Shown here one piece after another: positions 1-9,823 of a stretch of 64,000 bases of DNA. Source of the DNA: Planctomycetota bacterium (GTDB taxonomy: Bacteria > Planctomycetota > B15-G4 > SIAN01); the NCBI GenBank assembly GCA_031409275.1, contig JANNXA010000022.1, forward strand, positions 1 through 64,000. The letters are read 5' to 3'. A program made the position numbers and the translations under genes. The notes beneath the pieces are model-generated. The model saw nothing but the letters and a program-made list of their open reading frames with translations, did not search any database and was not told the DNA's origin. The first letter of the stretch is position 1. Each line of letters begins with the position of its first letter.

Positions 1-128
1 CGCGGCTCGGCACGGCGAGCGCGCGCGTCACGGTGCCGTCGAAGGAAGCCATCCGCCTGCGCCTGCGGGCGTGACCCATGCTGTCCCCGGGATCGGATTC
101 GGGGTAAAATAGGAGCCGGAGGGCAGCC

Positions 129-329
129 ACGGAGCGCACCAACGATCCGGTCCACAAGTCCCGGCTCGAAGATCAGGGCCTGGAGTCCGGGCTCGAGGGC
201 ACGACGGCCGAGGAACGGCTGGCCATGGTGTGGACACTCACCGTCCAGGCATGGTTGTTCAGGGGAGAACGCGCGGATGAATCGCGACTTCGTCGAGATG
301 TTGTCCGAGTTCTCCGCCGCAGGGGTTGA
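129..329 (+). pseudogene. Small antitoxin-like ORF (66 aa) of the type found upstream of nucleotidyltransferases; start codon appears as ACG
   Basis: Frame reads (T)ERTNDPVHKSRLEDQGLESGLEGTTAEERLAMVWTLTVQAWLFRGERADESRLRRDVVRVLRRRG*. GGAGG lies 6 nt before ACG at 129, with an in-frame TAA at 105-107. Not in the ORF track. Confidence 0.5.
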
Positions 330-402
330 GTATCTCCTCGTCGGTGCGCATGCCTTCGCCGTCCATGCGCGACCGCGCGAAGGCGGCGAGTCTGCGCCCT
401 AG
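277..402 (+). pseudogene. Truncated nucleotidyltransferase-like gene (41 aa)
   Basis: MNRDFVEMLSEFSAAGVEYLLVGAHAFAVHARPR matches the N-terminus of small nucleotidyltransferases (VGxxAxxxHxxPRxTxDxD) but stops before the DxD motif. Confidence 0.55.
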
Positions 403-884
403 CTTCGGGCGAGCCGCCTGAGCGCATCCCCCGCCAGCTTGTTCGTCGTCCACTCGGACAGCGACTCCGCCCCCAGCGATTCGTAGAAGCCGATCGCCGG
501 CGCGTTCCAGTCGAGCACTTCCCACTGCACGGATCCGCAGTCACGCGCGACCGCGAGCGCGGCCAGGGCCGCGAGCAGCGCCTTGCCCACGCCGGCGCCG
601 CGCGCCTCGGGCACGACGAACAGGTCCTCGAGCCAAATCCCGGGCTTGCCCGCGAACGTCGAGTAGGTGGGATAGAACAGCGCGAAGCCGACGACCTGCC
701 CGTCAAGCGAGCCAACGAGCGCCTCGGCGAGCGGACGCTCGCCGAACAGTGCGCGGTCGAGGTCGTCCACGGAAGAGACCATCTCGTGCTCGATCTTCTC
801 GTAGACCGCGAGCCCGTGCATGAGCGCGTGGATGCGCGGCGCGTCGGCCCGCGTGGCGGGCGTGATCGCGATGGCGCGGCTCAC
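399..884 (-). CDS. GNAT family N-acetyltransferase (diamine/spermidine acetyltransferase-like)
   Basis: Motifs YSTFAGKPGIWLEDLFVVPEARGAGVG and VLDWNAPAIGFYESLG; GTG start overlaps the upstream stop (GTGA). Confidence 0.9.
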   Translation of the reverse strand: MSRAIAITPATRADAPRIHALMHGLAVYEKIEHEMVSSVDDLDRALFGERPLAEALVGSLDGQVVGFALFYPTYSTFAGKPGIWLEDLFVVPEARGAGVGKALLAALAALAVARDCGSVQWEVLDWNAPAIGFYESLGAESLSEWTTNKLAGDALRRLARS

Positions 885-2137
885 GAGGTGGCCGGCGCCT
901 CGGCCTTCTGCGCCGCCAGCGTCGCCGGGTCGTTGAAGCCGACCTGCACTTCCTTCGGGATGTAGGCGTCGAGCAACTGCGACAGCGCGGCGGTCTCCTT
1001 GATCAGGTTGCGCGCCACGACCAGCCGCTGCACCTGGTTCGTACCCTCGTAGATCTGCGTGATCTTCGCGTCGCGCATGTACTTCTCGATCGGATAGTCG
1101 CGCATGTAGCCGTAGCCGCCGAAGATCTGCACCGCCTTGGTGGAGACCTCCATCGCGACCTCGGTGGCGAAGTACTTGCACTCGGCCGCGAGCTTGGTGA
1201 CGCTCGGGTCGCCCTCGTCGACGGCGGAGGCGGCCGCATAGACCAGCCAGCGTGCCGCGTCGACCTTGGCCGACATGTCGGCGAGCATCTCCTGGATCAT
1301 CTGGAACGAGGAGATCGGCGCGCCGAACTGGACGCGCTTGGTGGCGTAGAGGAGCGCGTAGTCGAGCGCGCCTTGCGCGAGTCCGACCGCCTGCGCGGCG
1401 ACGCCTGGCCGAGCCCAATCGAGCGTCTGCATGGAGTGGACGAAGCCCATGCCCGCTTTTCCGCCGAGCAGGTGGCTGTCGCCCACCCGGACGCCGTTGA
1501 AGTGCGTCTCGACGACGGGCACCGCGCGGATGCCCATCTTGTCCTCGACCTTGCCGATCGAGAATCCGGGCATGCCCTTCTCGACCATGAAGGCGGAGAT
1601 GCGACGGCTCTTGCTGTCGGGATCGGTGACGCAGAAGACGGTGTAGAGGTCCGCGGCACCGCCGTTCGTGGTCCACTTTTTCTCGCCGCGGATGACCCAG
1701 TCGTCACCCTCTTTGACGGCGCGCGTCCGCATCCCGCCCGCGTCCGATCCGGCGAACTTCTCGGAGAGGCAAAAGGCGATCAGCTTCTCGCCCTTCGCGA
1801 TCGGCGGCAGGAAGCGCTGCTTCTGCTCGTCGGTACCCGCGATGATCATCGGGAACGAACCGAGCGCGTTCACGGCGTACATCACGCCGACACCCGGACA
1901 GGCGCGCGAAAGCTCTTCGACGACCTTGCACAGCGCGACGATGCCGGCGCCGTGGCCGCCGTACGCCTTCGGGATCCAGACGCCGAAGAGGCCCGCCGCG
2001 GCGAGCTCCTTCTGGATCTCCCACGGGTACTCCTGCAGGCGGTCGTACTTGGTAGCGAGCGGCCGGACCACGCGGTCGGCGATGCCCTTGGCCACTCCGC
2101 CCCAGTGCAGGGCGGCGTCACTCACGATGGTGCGCAT
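881..2137 (-). CDS. Acyl-CoA dehydrogenase
   Basis: Motifs FCLSEKFAGSD, GEKKWTTNG, RVQFGAPI, QIFGGYGY, IYEGTNQVQR. Confidence 0.95.
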   Translation of the reverse strand: MRTIVSDAALHWGGVAKGIADRVVRPLATKYDRLQEYPWEIQKELAAAGLFGVWIPKAYGGHGAGIVALCKVVEELSRACPGVGVMYAVNALGSFPMIIAGTDEQKQRFLPPIAKGEKLIAFCLSEKFAGSDAGGMRTRAVKEGDDWVIRGEKKWTTNGGAADLYTVFCVTDPDSKSRRISAFMVEKGMPGFSIGKVEDKMGIRAVPVVETHFNGVRVGDSHLLGGKAGMGFVHSMQTLDWARPGVAAQAVGLAQGALDYALLYATKRVQFGAPISSFQMIQEMLADMSAKVDAARWLVYAAASAVDEGDPSVTKLAAECKYFATEVAMEVSTKAVQIFGGYGYMRDYPIEKYMRDAKITQIYEGTNQVQRLVVARNLIKETAALSQLLDAYIPKEVQVGFNDPATLAAQKAEAPATS

Positions 2138-2297
2138 GGTTTCAATTCCGTCTGAAAAGGGGGCGCCAAGCTAGCGTCCGCGCGCGTGCCGCGCCGGCGG
2201 ATTTCTGTCCCGCCGCGCGCTTCAAACCGTCGCTACGATCCTCCCCCTTTTCCCGCTGCCTCAACGGCGGCATGTGGTCCACGATGGTCGTGTGCGG

Positions 2298-5200
2298 ATG
2301 GTGCACGAAAAGATCGTCATCCGGGGTGCGCGTGAGCACAACCTAAAGGGGGTCGATCTGACCCTGCCCCGGGATTCTCTGATCACCTTCACCGGGGTCT
2401 CGGGGTCGGGCAAGTCGTCCCTCGCGTTCGACACGATCTTCCGCGAGGGGCAGCGCCGCTTCCTCGAATCGCTCTCCTCGTACGCCCGCCAGTTCGTCGG
2501 GCGCATGGAGAAGCCGAAGGTCGAGAGCATCACCGGCCTGTCGCCGACGCTCTCGATCGATCAGAAGACGGTCAACCGCAACCCGCGCAGCACCGTCGCC
2601 ACCGTCACCGAGATCTGGGACTACCTGCGCCTGCTCTTCGCGCGGCTCGGCACGCCGCACTGCGTCGGTTGCGGCCGCGTCCTGCAAGCGCAGACCGCCG
2701 ACCAGATGGCCGACACGCTGCTGCGCGATCACGCGGGCTCCCGCTGCCTCGTGCTCGCGCCGGTCGTGCGCGGTCGCAAGGGCCACTACAAGACGGAACT
2801 CGAGCAGTGGCGCCGCAAGGGCTTCGTGCGCGCGCGCATCGACGGCGAACTGAAGCGTCTCGACGAGCCGCTGACGCTCGCGCGCTACGAGACGCACACG
2901 ATCGAGCTGGTCACCGACCGCATCGTGCTCGACGCGGAGAAGCGCGGCCGCGTCGCGGAGGCGCTCGAGGGCGCCTTGAAGCTGTGCGACGGCCAGGCGT
3001 CGGCTTGGATCGAGCGCGATGGCGGCAAGGGGACGCTCGTCGAGTTCTCGAGCAAGCTCGCCTGCCCTGCCTGCGGACTTGGCCTGCCCGAGATGGAGCC
3101 GCGCCTCTTCTCGTTCAACTCGCCCAACGGCGCGTGCGTGGAGTGCAACGGACTCGGGCGTTCGATGCGCGTCGATCCGAAGAAGGTGATCCCTGACGCC
3201 GGCAAGTCGATCGCCGACGGCGCGCTCGCGATCATGACCAAGACCGGCTACCTGCCGTACCTCAAGCTGCGCATGAGCGCGCTGGCGCAGCTCGGTCGCA
3301 AGATGGGCTTCACGATCGACCAACCGTGGCGGTCGCTTCCCGACGGCGCGCGCCGCGCGCTGCTGTACGGCACCGAAGAGGCGATCCGCCTCAAGTTCGA
3401 ATACCAGTCGGCGACCAGCGGCTTCACCGTGAAGGGCGAGGACCACCGCGCGTTGCCGGGCATCCTCCCCTCGATGGAGGAGACGTGGCGCGCCAGCCAC
3501 CCGAAGCATCTCGAGAAGTTCCTCACCGAGTTGAGCTGCCGCGGCTGCGGCGGCGCTCGCCTGCGCAAGGAGGCGATGGCGGTCACGTTCCATGACCAGC
3601 CGATCACCCATTACGCGGGAATGACGGTCGATGCGGCCGTCGCCTTCTTCGCCAGCGAGAAGCTGATCGAGGCGCGCGACGAAGCGGTCGGTGCGGCGAT
3701 CCTGCGCGAGCTGCGCGGTCGGCTGCGCTTCCTCACGGAAGTGGGGCTCGGCTACCTCACGCTCGATCGCAGCGCGGCGACGCTGTCGGGCGGCGAAGCG
3801 CAGCGGGTGCGCCTCGCGACGCAGGTCGGCGCCGGATTGCAGGGCGTCCTCTACGTCCTCGACGAACCGTCGATCGGACTGCATCCGCGCGACCACCATC
3901 TGCTGTTGCGCACGCTGCATGAGCTGCGCGACCGCCGCAACACCGTGTGCGTGGTCGAGCACGACCGCGACACGATGCTCGCTTCCGACTGGCTGGTCGA
4001 CGTCGGGCCGGGCGCCGGCCTGCTCGGCGGCCACGTGGTCGCCTCGGGACCGGTCGCGCAAGTCGTCGCCAAGGGCGACTCCCTCACCGCGCGCTACCTG
4101 CGCGGCGAGGAGCGGCTCGCCATCCCGTCGACACGCCGCAAGGGCAGCGGGGCGCGGCTCGAGCTGAAGGGCGCCAGCCAGTTCAACTTGAAGGGGGTCG
4201 ACGCGGTGCTGCCGCTCGGTTGCCTGATCGGCGTGACCGGCGTTTCAGGGTCGGGCAAGTCGACGCTCGTGCACCTCGTGCTGAAGCGCGAGCTCGCGCG
4301 GCAGCTGCACGGCGCGGTCGAGCCGCCGGGCGCCTTCGATCGCATCGTCGGCATCGAAGCGATCGACAAGGTGATCGAGATCGACCAGGCTCCCATCGGC
4401 CGCACGCCGCGCAGCAATCCGGCGACCTACACCGGCCTGTGGGACCTGATCCGCGATCTCTTCGCCGCGACGCCGGAAGCGCAGGCGCGCGGCTGGAAGA
4501 AGGGGCGTTTCAGCTTCAACGTGAAAGGCGGCCGCTGCGAAACGTGCGGCGGCGCCGGCGTGCGCACCATCGAGATGCAGTTCCTCGCCGACGTCGAAGT
4601 CGCGTGCGAGGAGTGCAATGGGCGGCGCTTCAACCGCGAGACGCTCGAAGTGAAGTGGGGCGGTCGCGACGTGCACGAGGTGCTCGACGCCTCGATCGGC
4701 GACAGCCTGCCGCGCTTCCAGAACGTCCCCAAGGTCCGCCGCATCCTGCAGACGCTCGTCGATGTCGGCCTCGACTACATGAGCCTCGGCCAGCCGTCGA
4801 CGACGGTGAGCGGCGGCGAAGCGCAGCGCATCAAGCTGGCGGCCGAGCTCGCGCGGCCTGAGACCGGGCGCACGCTCTACATCCTCGACGAACCGACCAC
4901 CGGGCTCCATGTCGAGGACGTCAAGAAGCTGATGGCGGCCCTGCATCGGCTGGTCGACCGCGGCAACACCGTGCTGGTGATCGAGCATCACCTCGAAGTG
5001 ATCGCGCAGTGCGACTGGCTGCTCGACCTCGGTCCGGAAGGCGGCGGCGGCGGCGGCAAGCTGGTCGCGGCCGGAACGCCCGAGCAGGTGGCGAAGGTGA
5101 AGGGGTCGCACACCGGCCGCTTCCTGCGCGACGTGCTCGACCCGCCGGCGGTCGGGCATGACGGGGCGACCACGCCGCGCTTCACGCGCGCGCCCGCCCA

Positions 5201-8150
5201 TGCCGACGACGATCCGCGTCGCCTCGTCGTGCGCGGCGCGCGCAAGAACAACCTGCGCAGCATCGACGTGGAGCTGCCGCAGGATGCGCTCACGGTGATC
5301 ACCGGCGTGTCCGGTTCGGGCAAGACGTCGCTGGCGTTCGACACGCTCTTCGCCGAAGGGCAGCGGCGCTTCGTCGAATCGCTCTCCACCTACGCGCGTC
5401 GCTTCTTCTCGCGCCTCGAACGCGCCCCGGTCGATCGCATCCACGGGCTGCGGCCGGCCATCGCCATTGACCAGAAGGGCGGCTCGAAGAATCCGCGCTC
5501 GACGGTGGCGACCACCACCGAGATCCACGATCACCTGCGCCTGCTCTACGCGCGCATCGGCCTGCCGCACTGCCCCGAGTGCGGTGCGGTCGCGCGCGCG
5601 TGGTCGGCGACCACCGTCGCGGCCGACCTCGTCGAGCGCGCCGCCAACCAGAAGGCGCTCCTGCTGGCGCCGCTGTGGCGCGTCGATGCCAAGCGGCCGC
5701 TGCACTTCGCGCGTGCCGACGAGCTCGAGGCGGCGCTGCCGGGATTGCGAGCGGATGGTTACGTGCGCGTGCTGATCGACGGGGTCGAACGACGTCTCGA
5801 AGAGGTCGCGGCGAGCGGCGTCGCGCAGCGCGAGATCGCGCTGGTGCTCGATCGAGTGCGCATCGAGGCGACCAAGCGCACGCGCCTCGCCGAAGCGCTC
5901 GAGGAGGCGTTCCGTCGCGGCGGCGGACTCGCCGCGGTGCAGCTCGAGGACGCCACGCGACTCGACTACTCGACGCGCCCCTCCTGCGAGAAGTGCGGCT
6001 GGCATCCCGAAGGCGAGCTCACGCCGCGCCACTTCAGCTTCAACCATCAGCTCGGCGCCTGCCCCGAATGCCTCGGCCTTGGCCGCATGCGCCGCAGCGT
6101 CGAGGAGCGGGTGGTCGTGGCGCCCGGCAAGCCGCTCTTCGGTGGCGCGCTGTTGACCGACTTCCCGGGTCGCCTCTTCACCAAGAAGGGCGGTTGGCAC
6201 CGCAGCATCATCGAGGCGGCGGCGCGCGAGCTCGACATCGACCTCGACGTGCCGGTGGCGAAGCTGTCGGCGCGCGCGCGCGCCGGAATCCTGCGCGGCG
6301 TCGGCGTGCCGGAACGCGTCACCACGACGCTCGCCACCAAGAACATCGGCAAGTCGCGCGAGTACACGTTCAACGCGCGCTTCCGCGGCATCCTCGGCGA
6401 GATCGAGCATTGGGTGCGCGAAGCGGACGAGTCGAAGTGGTGGGTTGCCAAGCTGCTCAAGCTGACCGAAGAGGGCGTCTGCCCGAGCTGCGGCGGCGGC
6501 CGTCTGAAGCCCGAGGCGCTTGCCGTCACGGTGGGCGGCAGCGGCCTGCGTGAAGTCGGCCGATTCACGGTCGGCGAAGCGCTCGCCTTCTTCGAGCGCC
6601 TGCCGAAGTCGGGCCTCAGCAAGGCCGAGCAGCAGATCGCCGCGCAACCGCTGCAGGAGGTGCGCGGGCGGCTGCGCTTCCTGGCGGACGTCGGCCTCGA
6701 ATACCTCACCCTCGAGCGCGCCTCGGCGACGCTGTCGGGCGGCGAGGCGCAGCGCATCCGCCTGGCGACGCAACTCGGCAGCGGATTGGTCGGTTGCATG
6801 TACGTGCTCGACGAGCCGTCGATCGGCCTCCATCCGCGCGACACCGGCCGCTTGATCGACACGCTGCAGGGACTGAAGGCGCTGGGCAACACGATCGTCG
6901 TGGTCGAGCACGACGAGGAGCTGATGCGCGCCGCCGACTGGATCGTCGACCTCGGGCCAGGGGCCGGCGTGCACGGCGGGAACGTCGTCGCCAGCGGACC
7001 GCTCGCCACCATCGAAGCGAGTCGCGAGTCGCTGACCGGCGCGTGGTTGCGCGGCGATGCGGCGATCGAGACGCCGGCGGAACGCCGCAAGGGAACCGGC
7101 CGACTCGTCGTGCGCGGCGCGACCTGCCACAACCTGAAGGGGATCGACGTCGCGTTGCCGCTCGGCACGCTGACCGCGCTCACGGGCGTCTCCGGTTCTG
7201 GAAAGTCGACGCTCCTGATGGAGGTGGTGCGACCGGCCGTCGAGGCGCTGCTCCGCGGCGAGAAGCTCAGCGAAGCGGGCTTCAAGGAGGCGGGCTGCAA
7301 GCGCATCGAAGGCCTCGATCAGGTCAAGCAGCTGATCGTCATCGACCAATCGCCGATCGGCACCACGCCGTCGAGCAATCCGGCCACCTACACGAAGGTC
7401 TTCGACCCGATCCGCGCCGTCTTCGCCGCCACCGAAGAGGCGCGCATGAAGGGCTTCACGCCGGTGCGCTTCTCCTTCAACCAGGGCGATGGCCGCTGCG
7501 AAGGGTGCCAAGGACGCGGCGCGGTGCTGGTCGAGATGCACTTCCTATCGGACGTCTGGACCCCGTGCGAGGCGTGCCGCGGGGCGCGCTACGCGGCCGA
7601 GACGTTGACGGTGCGCTACAAGGGCACGCACATCGCCGACGTGCTGCAGATGGAAGTGGAGCAGGCGCTCGCCTTCTTCGCGAGCCACCCGCGCATCAAG
7701 CGGACGCTGCAGGTGCTGGCCGACGTGGGGCTCGGCTACCTGAAGCTCGGGCAGTCGTCGACGACGCTCTCGGGCGGCGAGGCGCAGCGCGTCAAGCTCG
7801 CCGCGGAACTCGCGCGCCCGAGCATCGGCCGCACGCTCTACCTCCTCGACGAGCCGACCACCGGCCTCCACTTCGCGGACGTGCAGAAGCTGGTCAAGGT
7901 CTTCCATCGGCTGGTCGAGCGCGGCAGCTCGGTGCTGGTCATCGAGCACCATCTCGACGTGCTGAAGAGCGCCGACTGGATCGTCGACCTCGGGCCGGAA
8001 GGCGGCGCGGGCGGCGGGCAGCTGGTGATCGCCGGCACGCCCGAGCAGGTCGCGGCGTGCGCGGCCTCCCACACCGGCCGCGCGCTCGGACCGGTGCTGC
8101 GCGGTCGCGCGTCGCGGCGCGGCGGCGCCAAGGCGGAGGCGCTCGCATGA
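2298..8150 (+). CDS. uvrA: Excinuclease ABC subunit A, double-length (two UvrA units in one chain)
   Basis: Four GVSGSGK Walker A motifs, four (L/V)SGGEAQR signatures, four DEP Walker B motifs and CxxC zinc modules; second unit starts near 5223 (VRGARKNNL). Confidence 0.97.
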   Translation: MVHEKIVIRGAREHNLKGVDLTLPRDSLITFTGVSGSGKSSLAFDTIFREGQRRFLESLSSYARQFVGRMEKPKVESITGLSPTLSIDQKTVNRNPRSTVATVTEIWDYLRLLFARLGTPHCVGCGRVLQAQTADQMADTLLRDHAGSRCLVLAPVVRGRKGHYKTELEQWRRKGFVRARIDGELKRLDEPLTLARYETHTIELVTDRIVLDAEKRGRVAEALEGALKLCDGQASAWIERDGGKGTLVEFSSKLACPACGLGLPEMEPRLFSFNSPNGACVECNGLGRSMRVDPKKVIPDAGKSIADGALAIMTKTGYLPYLKLRMSALAQLGRKMGFTIDQPWRSLPDGARRALLYGTEEAIRLKFEYQSATSGFTVKGEDHRALPGILPSMEETWRASHPKHLEKFLTELSCRGCGGARLRKEAMAVTFHDQPITHYAGMTVDAAVAFFASEKLIEARDEAVGAAILRELRGRLRFLTEVGLGYLTLDRSAATLSGGEAQRVRLATQVGAGLQGVLYVLDEPSIGLHPRDHHLLLRTLHELRDRRNTVCVVEHDRDTMLASDWLVDVGPGAGLLGGHVVASGPVAQVVAKGDSLTARYLRGEERLAIPSTRRKGSGARLELKGASQFNLKGVDAVLPLGCLIGVTGVSGSGKSTLVHLVLKRELARQLHGAVEPPGAFDRIVGIEAIDKVIEIDQAPIGRTPRSNPATYTGLWDLIRDLFAATPEAQARGWKKGRFSFNVKGGRCETCGGAGVRTIEMQFLADVEVACEECNGRRFNRETLEVKWGGRDVHEVLDASIGDSLPRFQNVPKVRRILQTLVDVGLDYMSLGQPSTTVSGGEAQRIKLAAELARPETGRTLYILDEPTTGLHVEDVKKLMAALHRLVDRGNTVLVIEHHLEVIAQCDWLLDLGPEGGGGGGKLVAAGTPEQVAKVKGSHTGRFLRDVLDPPAVGHDGATTPRFTRAPAHADDDPRRLVVRGARKNNLRSIDVELPQDALTVITGVSGSGKTSLAFDTLFAEGQRRFVESLSTYARRFFSRLERAPVDRIHGLRPAIAIDQKGGSKNPRSTVATTTEIHDHLRLLYARIGLPHCPECGAVARAWSATTVAADLVERAANQKALLLAPLWRVDAKRPLHFARADELEAALPGLRADGYVRVLIDGVERRLEEVAASGVAQREIALVLDRVRIEATKRTRLAEALEEAFRRGGGLAAVQLEDATRLDYSTRPSCEKCGWHPEGELTPRHFSFNHQLGACPECLGLGRMRRSVEERVVVAPGKPLFGGALLTDFPGRLFTKKGGWHRSIIEAAARELDIDLDVPVAKLSARARAGILRGVGVPERVTTTLATKNIGKSREYTFNARFRGILGEIEHWVREADESKWWVAKLLKLTEEGVCPSCGGGRLKPEALAVTVGGSGLREVGRFTVGEALAFFERLPKSGLSKAEQQIAAQPLQEVRGRLRFLADVGLEYLTLERASATLSGGEAQRIRLATQLGSGLVGCMYVLDEPSIGLHPRDTGRLIDTLQGLKALGNTIVVVEHDEELMRAADWIVDLGPGAGVHGGNVVASGPLATIEASRESLTGAWLRGDAAIETPAERRKGTGRLVVRGATCHNLKGIDVALPLGTLTALTGVSGSGKSTLLMEVVRPAVEALLRGEKLSEAGFKEAGCKRIEGLDQVKQLIVIDQSPIGTTPSSNPATYTKVFDPIRAVFAATEEARMKGFTPVRFSFNQGDGRCEGCQGRGAVLVEMHFLSDVWTPCEACRGARYAAETLTVRYKGTHIADVLQMEVEQALAFFASHPRIKRTLQVLADVGLGYLKLGQSSTTLSGGEAQRVKLAAELARPSIGRTLYLLDEPTTGLHFADVQKLVKVFHRLVERGSSVLVIEHHLDVLKSADWIVDLGPEGGAGGGQLVIAGTPEQVAACAASHTGRALGPVLRGRASRRGGAKAEALA

Positions 8151-9823
8151 GCAGTGATCGCCCGCTCTGGGTGCAGTCGGATCGCACGATCCTGCTCGAG
8201 GTCGGCCATGCGATGGCCGGCGAGGCGCAGGAGTTCCTGCCGCAGTTCGCCGAGCTCGAGAAGTCGCCGGAGCGCTTCCACACCTACCGCATCACGCCAC
8301 TGTCGCTGTGGAACGCGGCAGCCGTCGGCGTGACGGCGCCGCAGGTCGTCGACTTCCTGCAGCGCATGAGTCGCGAGCCGCCGTCGCAGAACGTGCTGCA
8401 CGACGTCCAGGACTTCCTGCGCCGCTACGGGCTGCTGCGACTCGTGCGCCGGCCGACCGGGCTCGTGCTCGAATCGGACGATGCGAAGTTGCTGGCCGAT
8501 TTCGTGGCAGCCGGCGTGCTGGCGAAATGGACGGTCGCGACGGAGCCCGACGGCGCGCTGCGGCTCACGGAGTTGTCACGCGGCGAAGTGAAGCAGTCGC
8601 TGCTCAAGCTCGGGTACCCCGTCGATGACATCGCCGGTTACACGCCGGGCGCGCACCACGAATTCCGCCTGCGCACGACCACGCTCGCCGGCAAGCCCTT
8701 CGCCGTGCGCGCCTACCAGCGCCACGCGGCGGATCTCTTCCACGCCGGCGGCAGCGAGCGCGGCGGCAGCGGCGTCATCGTGCTGCCGTGCGGCGCGGGC
8801 AAGACCGTGGTGGCGATGGCGGTGATCGAGCGGCTGCAGTGCGAAACGCTGATCCTCACGACCAACACCGTCGCCGTGCGCCAGTGGCAGTCGGAACTGA
8901 TCGACAAGTCGCAGCTGCCCGCCGAGGACGTCGGTGAATACACCGGCGATCGCAAGGAGATCCGCCCGATCACCGTCTCGACCTACCAGATCCTGACTCA
9001 TCGCAAGGAGAAGGGGGCGACGCCTTTCACCCACTTCGGGCTCTTCGCGGCGAAGGATTGGGGGCTGATCGTCTACGACGAGGTGCATCTGCTGCCGGCG
9101 CCCGTCTTCCGTGCGAGCGCCGATCTGCAGGCGCGGCGGCGTCTCGGCTTGACCGCCACCCTCGTGCGCGAGGATCACCACGAGGACGACGTCTTCAGCC
9201 TGATCGGCCCGAAGCGCTTCGACATGCCCTGGAAGGAGCTCGAGTCGCTCGGCTGGATCGCCGAAGCGCACTGCATCGAGGTGCGCCTCGCGCTGCCGCA
9301 GGAGCAGCGCATCCAGTACCTGTCGCTTGCCAGTCGCGACCAGTTCCGGTTGGCCAGCGAGAACCCCGACAAGTTGCCGGCGCTGCAGCGCATCCTCGCG
9401 CGCCACGCGAGCGACCATGTGCTGGTGATCGGGCAGTACCTGCAGCAGATCGAGGCGATGGCCAAGGCGATCGATGCGCCGCTGATCGTCGGCAAGACGC
9501 CGACGGTGGAGCGCGAACGCCTCTATCGCGCGTTCAAGGAGGGCCGCATCCCGGTCCTCGTCGTGTCGAAGGTGGGGAACTTCGCCATCGACCTGCCCGA
9601 CGCCAACGTCGCCGTGCAGGTCTCCGGCACCTTCGGCTCGCGGCAGGAAGAGGCGCAACGCCTCGGCCGCATCCTGCGCCCCAAAGGGAGCGGCGTTCCG
9701 GCGACCTTCTATTCCCTCGTGTCGAAAGACACGAAGGAGCAGGAGTGCGCCGAGCGACGCCAGCGCTACCTGACCGAGCGCGGTTACACCTATCGGATCG
9801 CGAGTTTGGCGGAGTTGGCATGA
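8147..9823 (+). CDS. xpb: XPB/Rad25-family SF2 DNA helicase
   Basis: N-terminal VQSDRTILLE...YRITPLSLWNA domain, LPCGAGKT, DEVH, GLTATLVRED (XPB RED motif), QEEAQRLGRILR; ATGA overlap with uvrA. Confidence 0.93.
   Translation: MSSDRPLWVQSDRTILLEVGHAMAGEAQEFLPQFAELEKSPERFHTYRITPLSLWNAAAVGVTAPQVVDFLQRMSREPPSQNVLHDVQDFLRRYGLLRLVRRPTGLVLESDDAKLLADFVAAGVLAKWTVATEPDGALRLTELSRGEVKQSLLKLGYPVDDIAGYTPGAHHEFRLRTTTLAGKPFAVRAYQRHAADLFHAGGSERGGSGVIVLPCGAGKTVVAMAVIERLQCETLILTTNTVAVRQWQSELIDKSQLPAEDVGEYTGDRKEIRPITVSTYQILTHRKEKGATPFTHFGLFAAKDWGLIVYDEVHLLPAPVFRASADLQARRRLGLTATLVREDHHEDDVFSLIGPKRFDMPWKELESLGWIAEAHCIEVRLALPQEQRIQYLSLASRDQFRLASENPDKLPALQRILARHASDHVLVIGQYLQQIEAMAKAIDAPLIVGKTPTVERERLYRAFKEGRIPVLVVSKVGNFAIDLPDANVAVQVSGTFGSRQEEAQRLGRILRPKGSGVPATFYSLVSKDTKEQECAERRQRYLTERGYTYRIASLAELA

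Noticed and set aside
1..79. Possible start of a minus-strand gene leaving the window
   Set aside because: Too little sequence to support a call.
2343..7541. Long antisense ORFs (572 and 1098 aa) opposite uvrA, and similar ones opposite the lipoproteins and PMM
   Set aside because: Expected shadow ORFs from GC-rich codon bias; no recognisable motifs, and they fully overlap well-supported genes.
6794..9823. Apparent 1009-aa ORF; likewise the extended ORFs 9058-11937, 35497-38880 and 49699-53481
   Set aside because: The upstream parts are off-frame reads of neighbouring genes; the real starts are at ATGA overlaps or RBS-supported ATGs.
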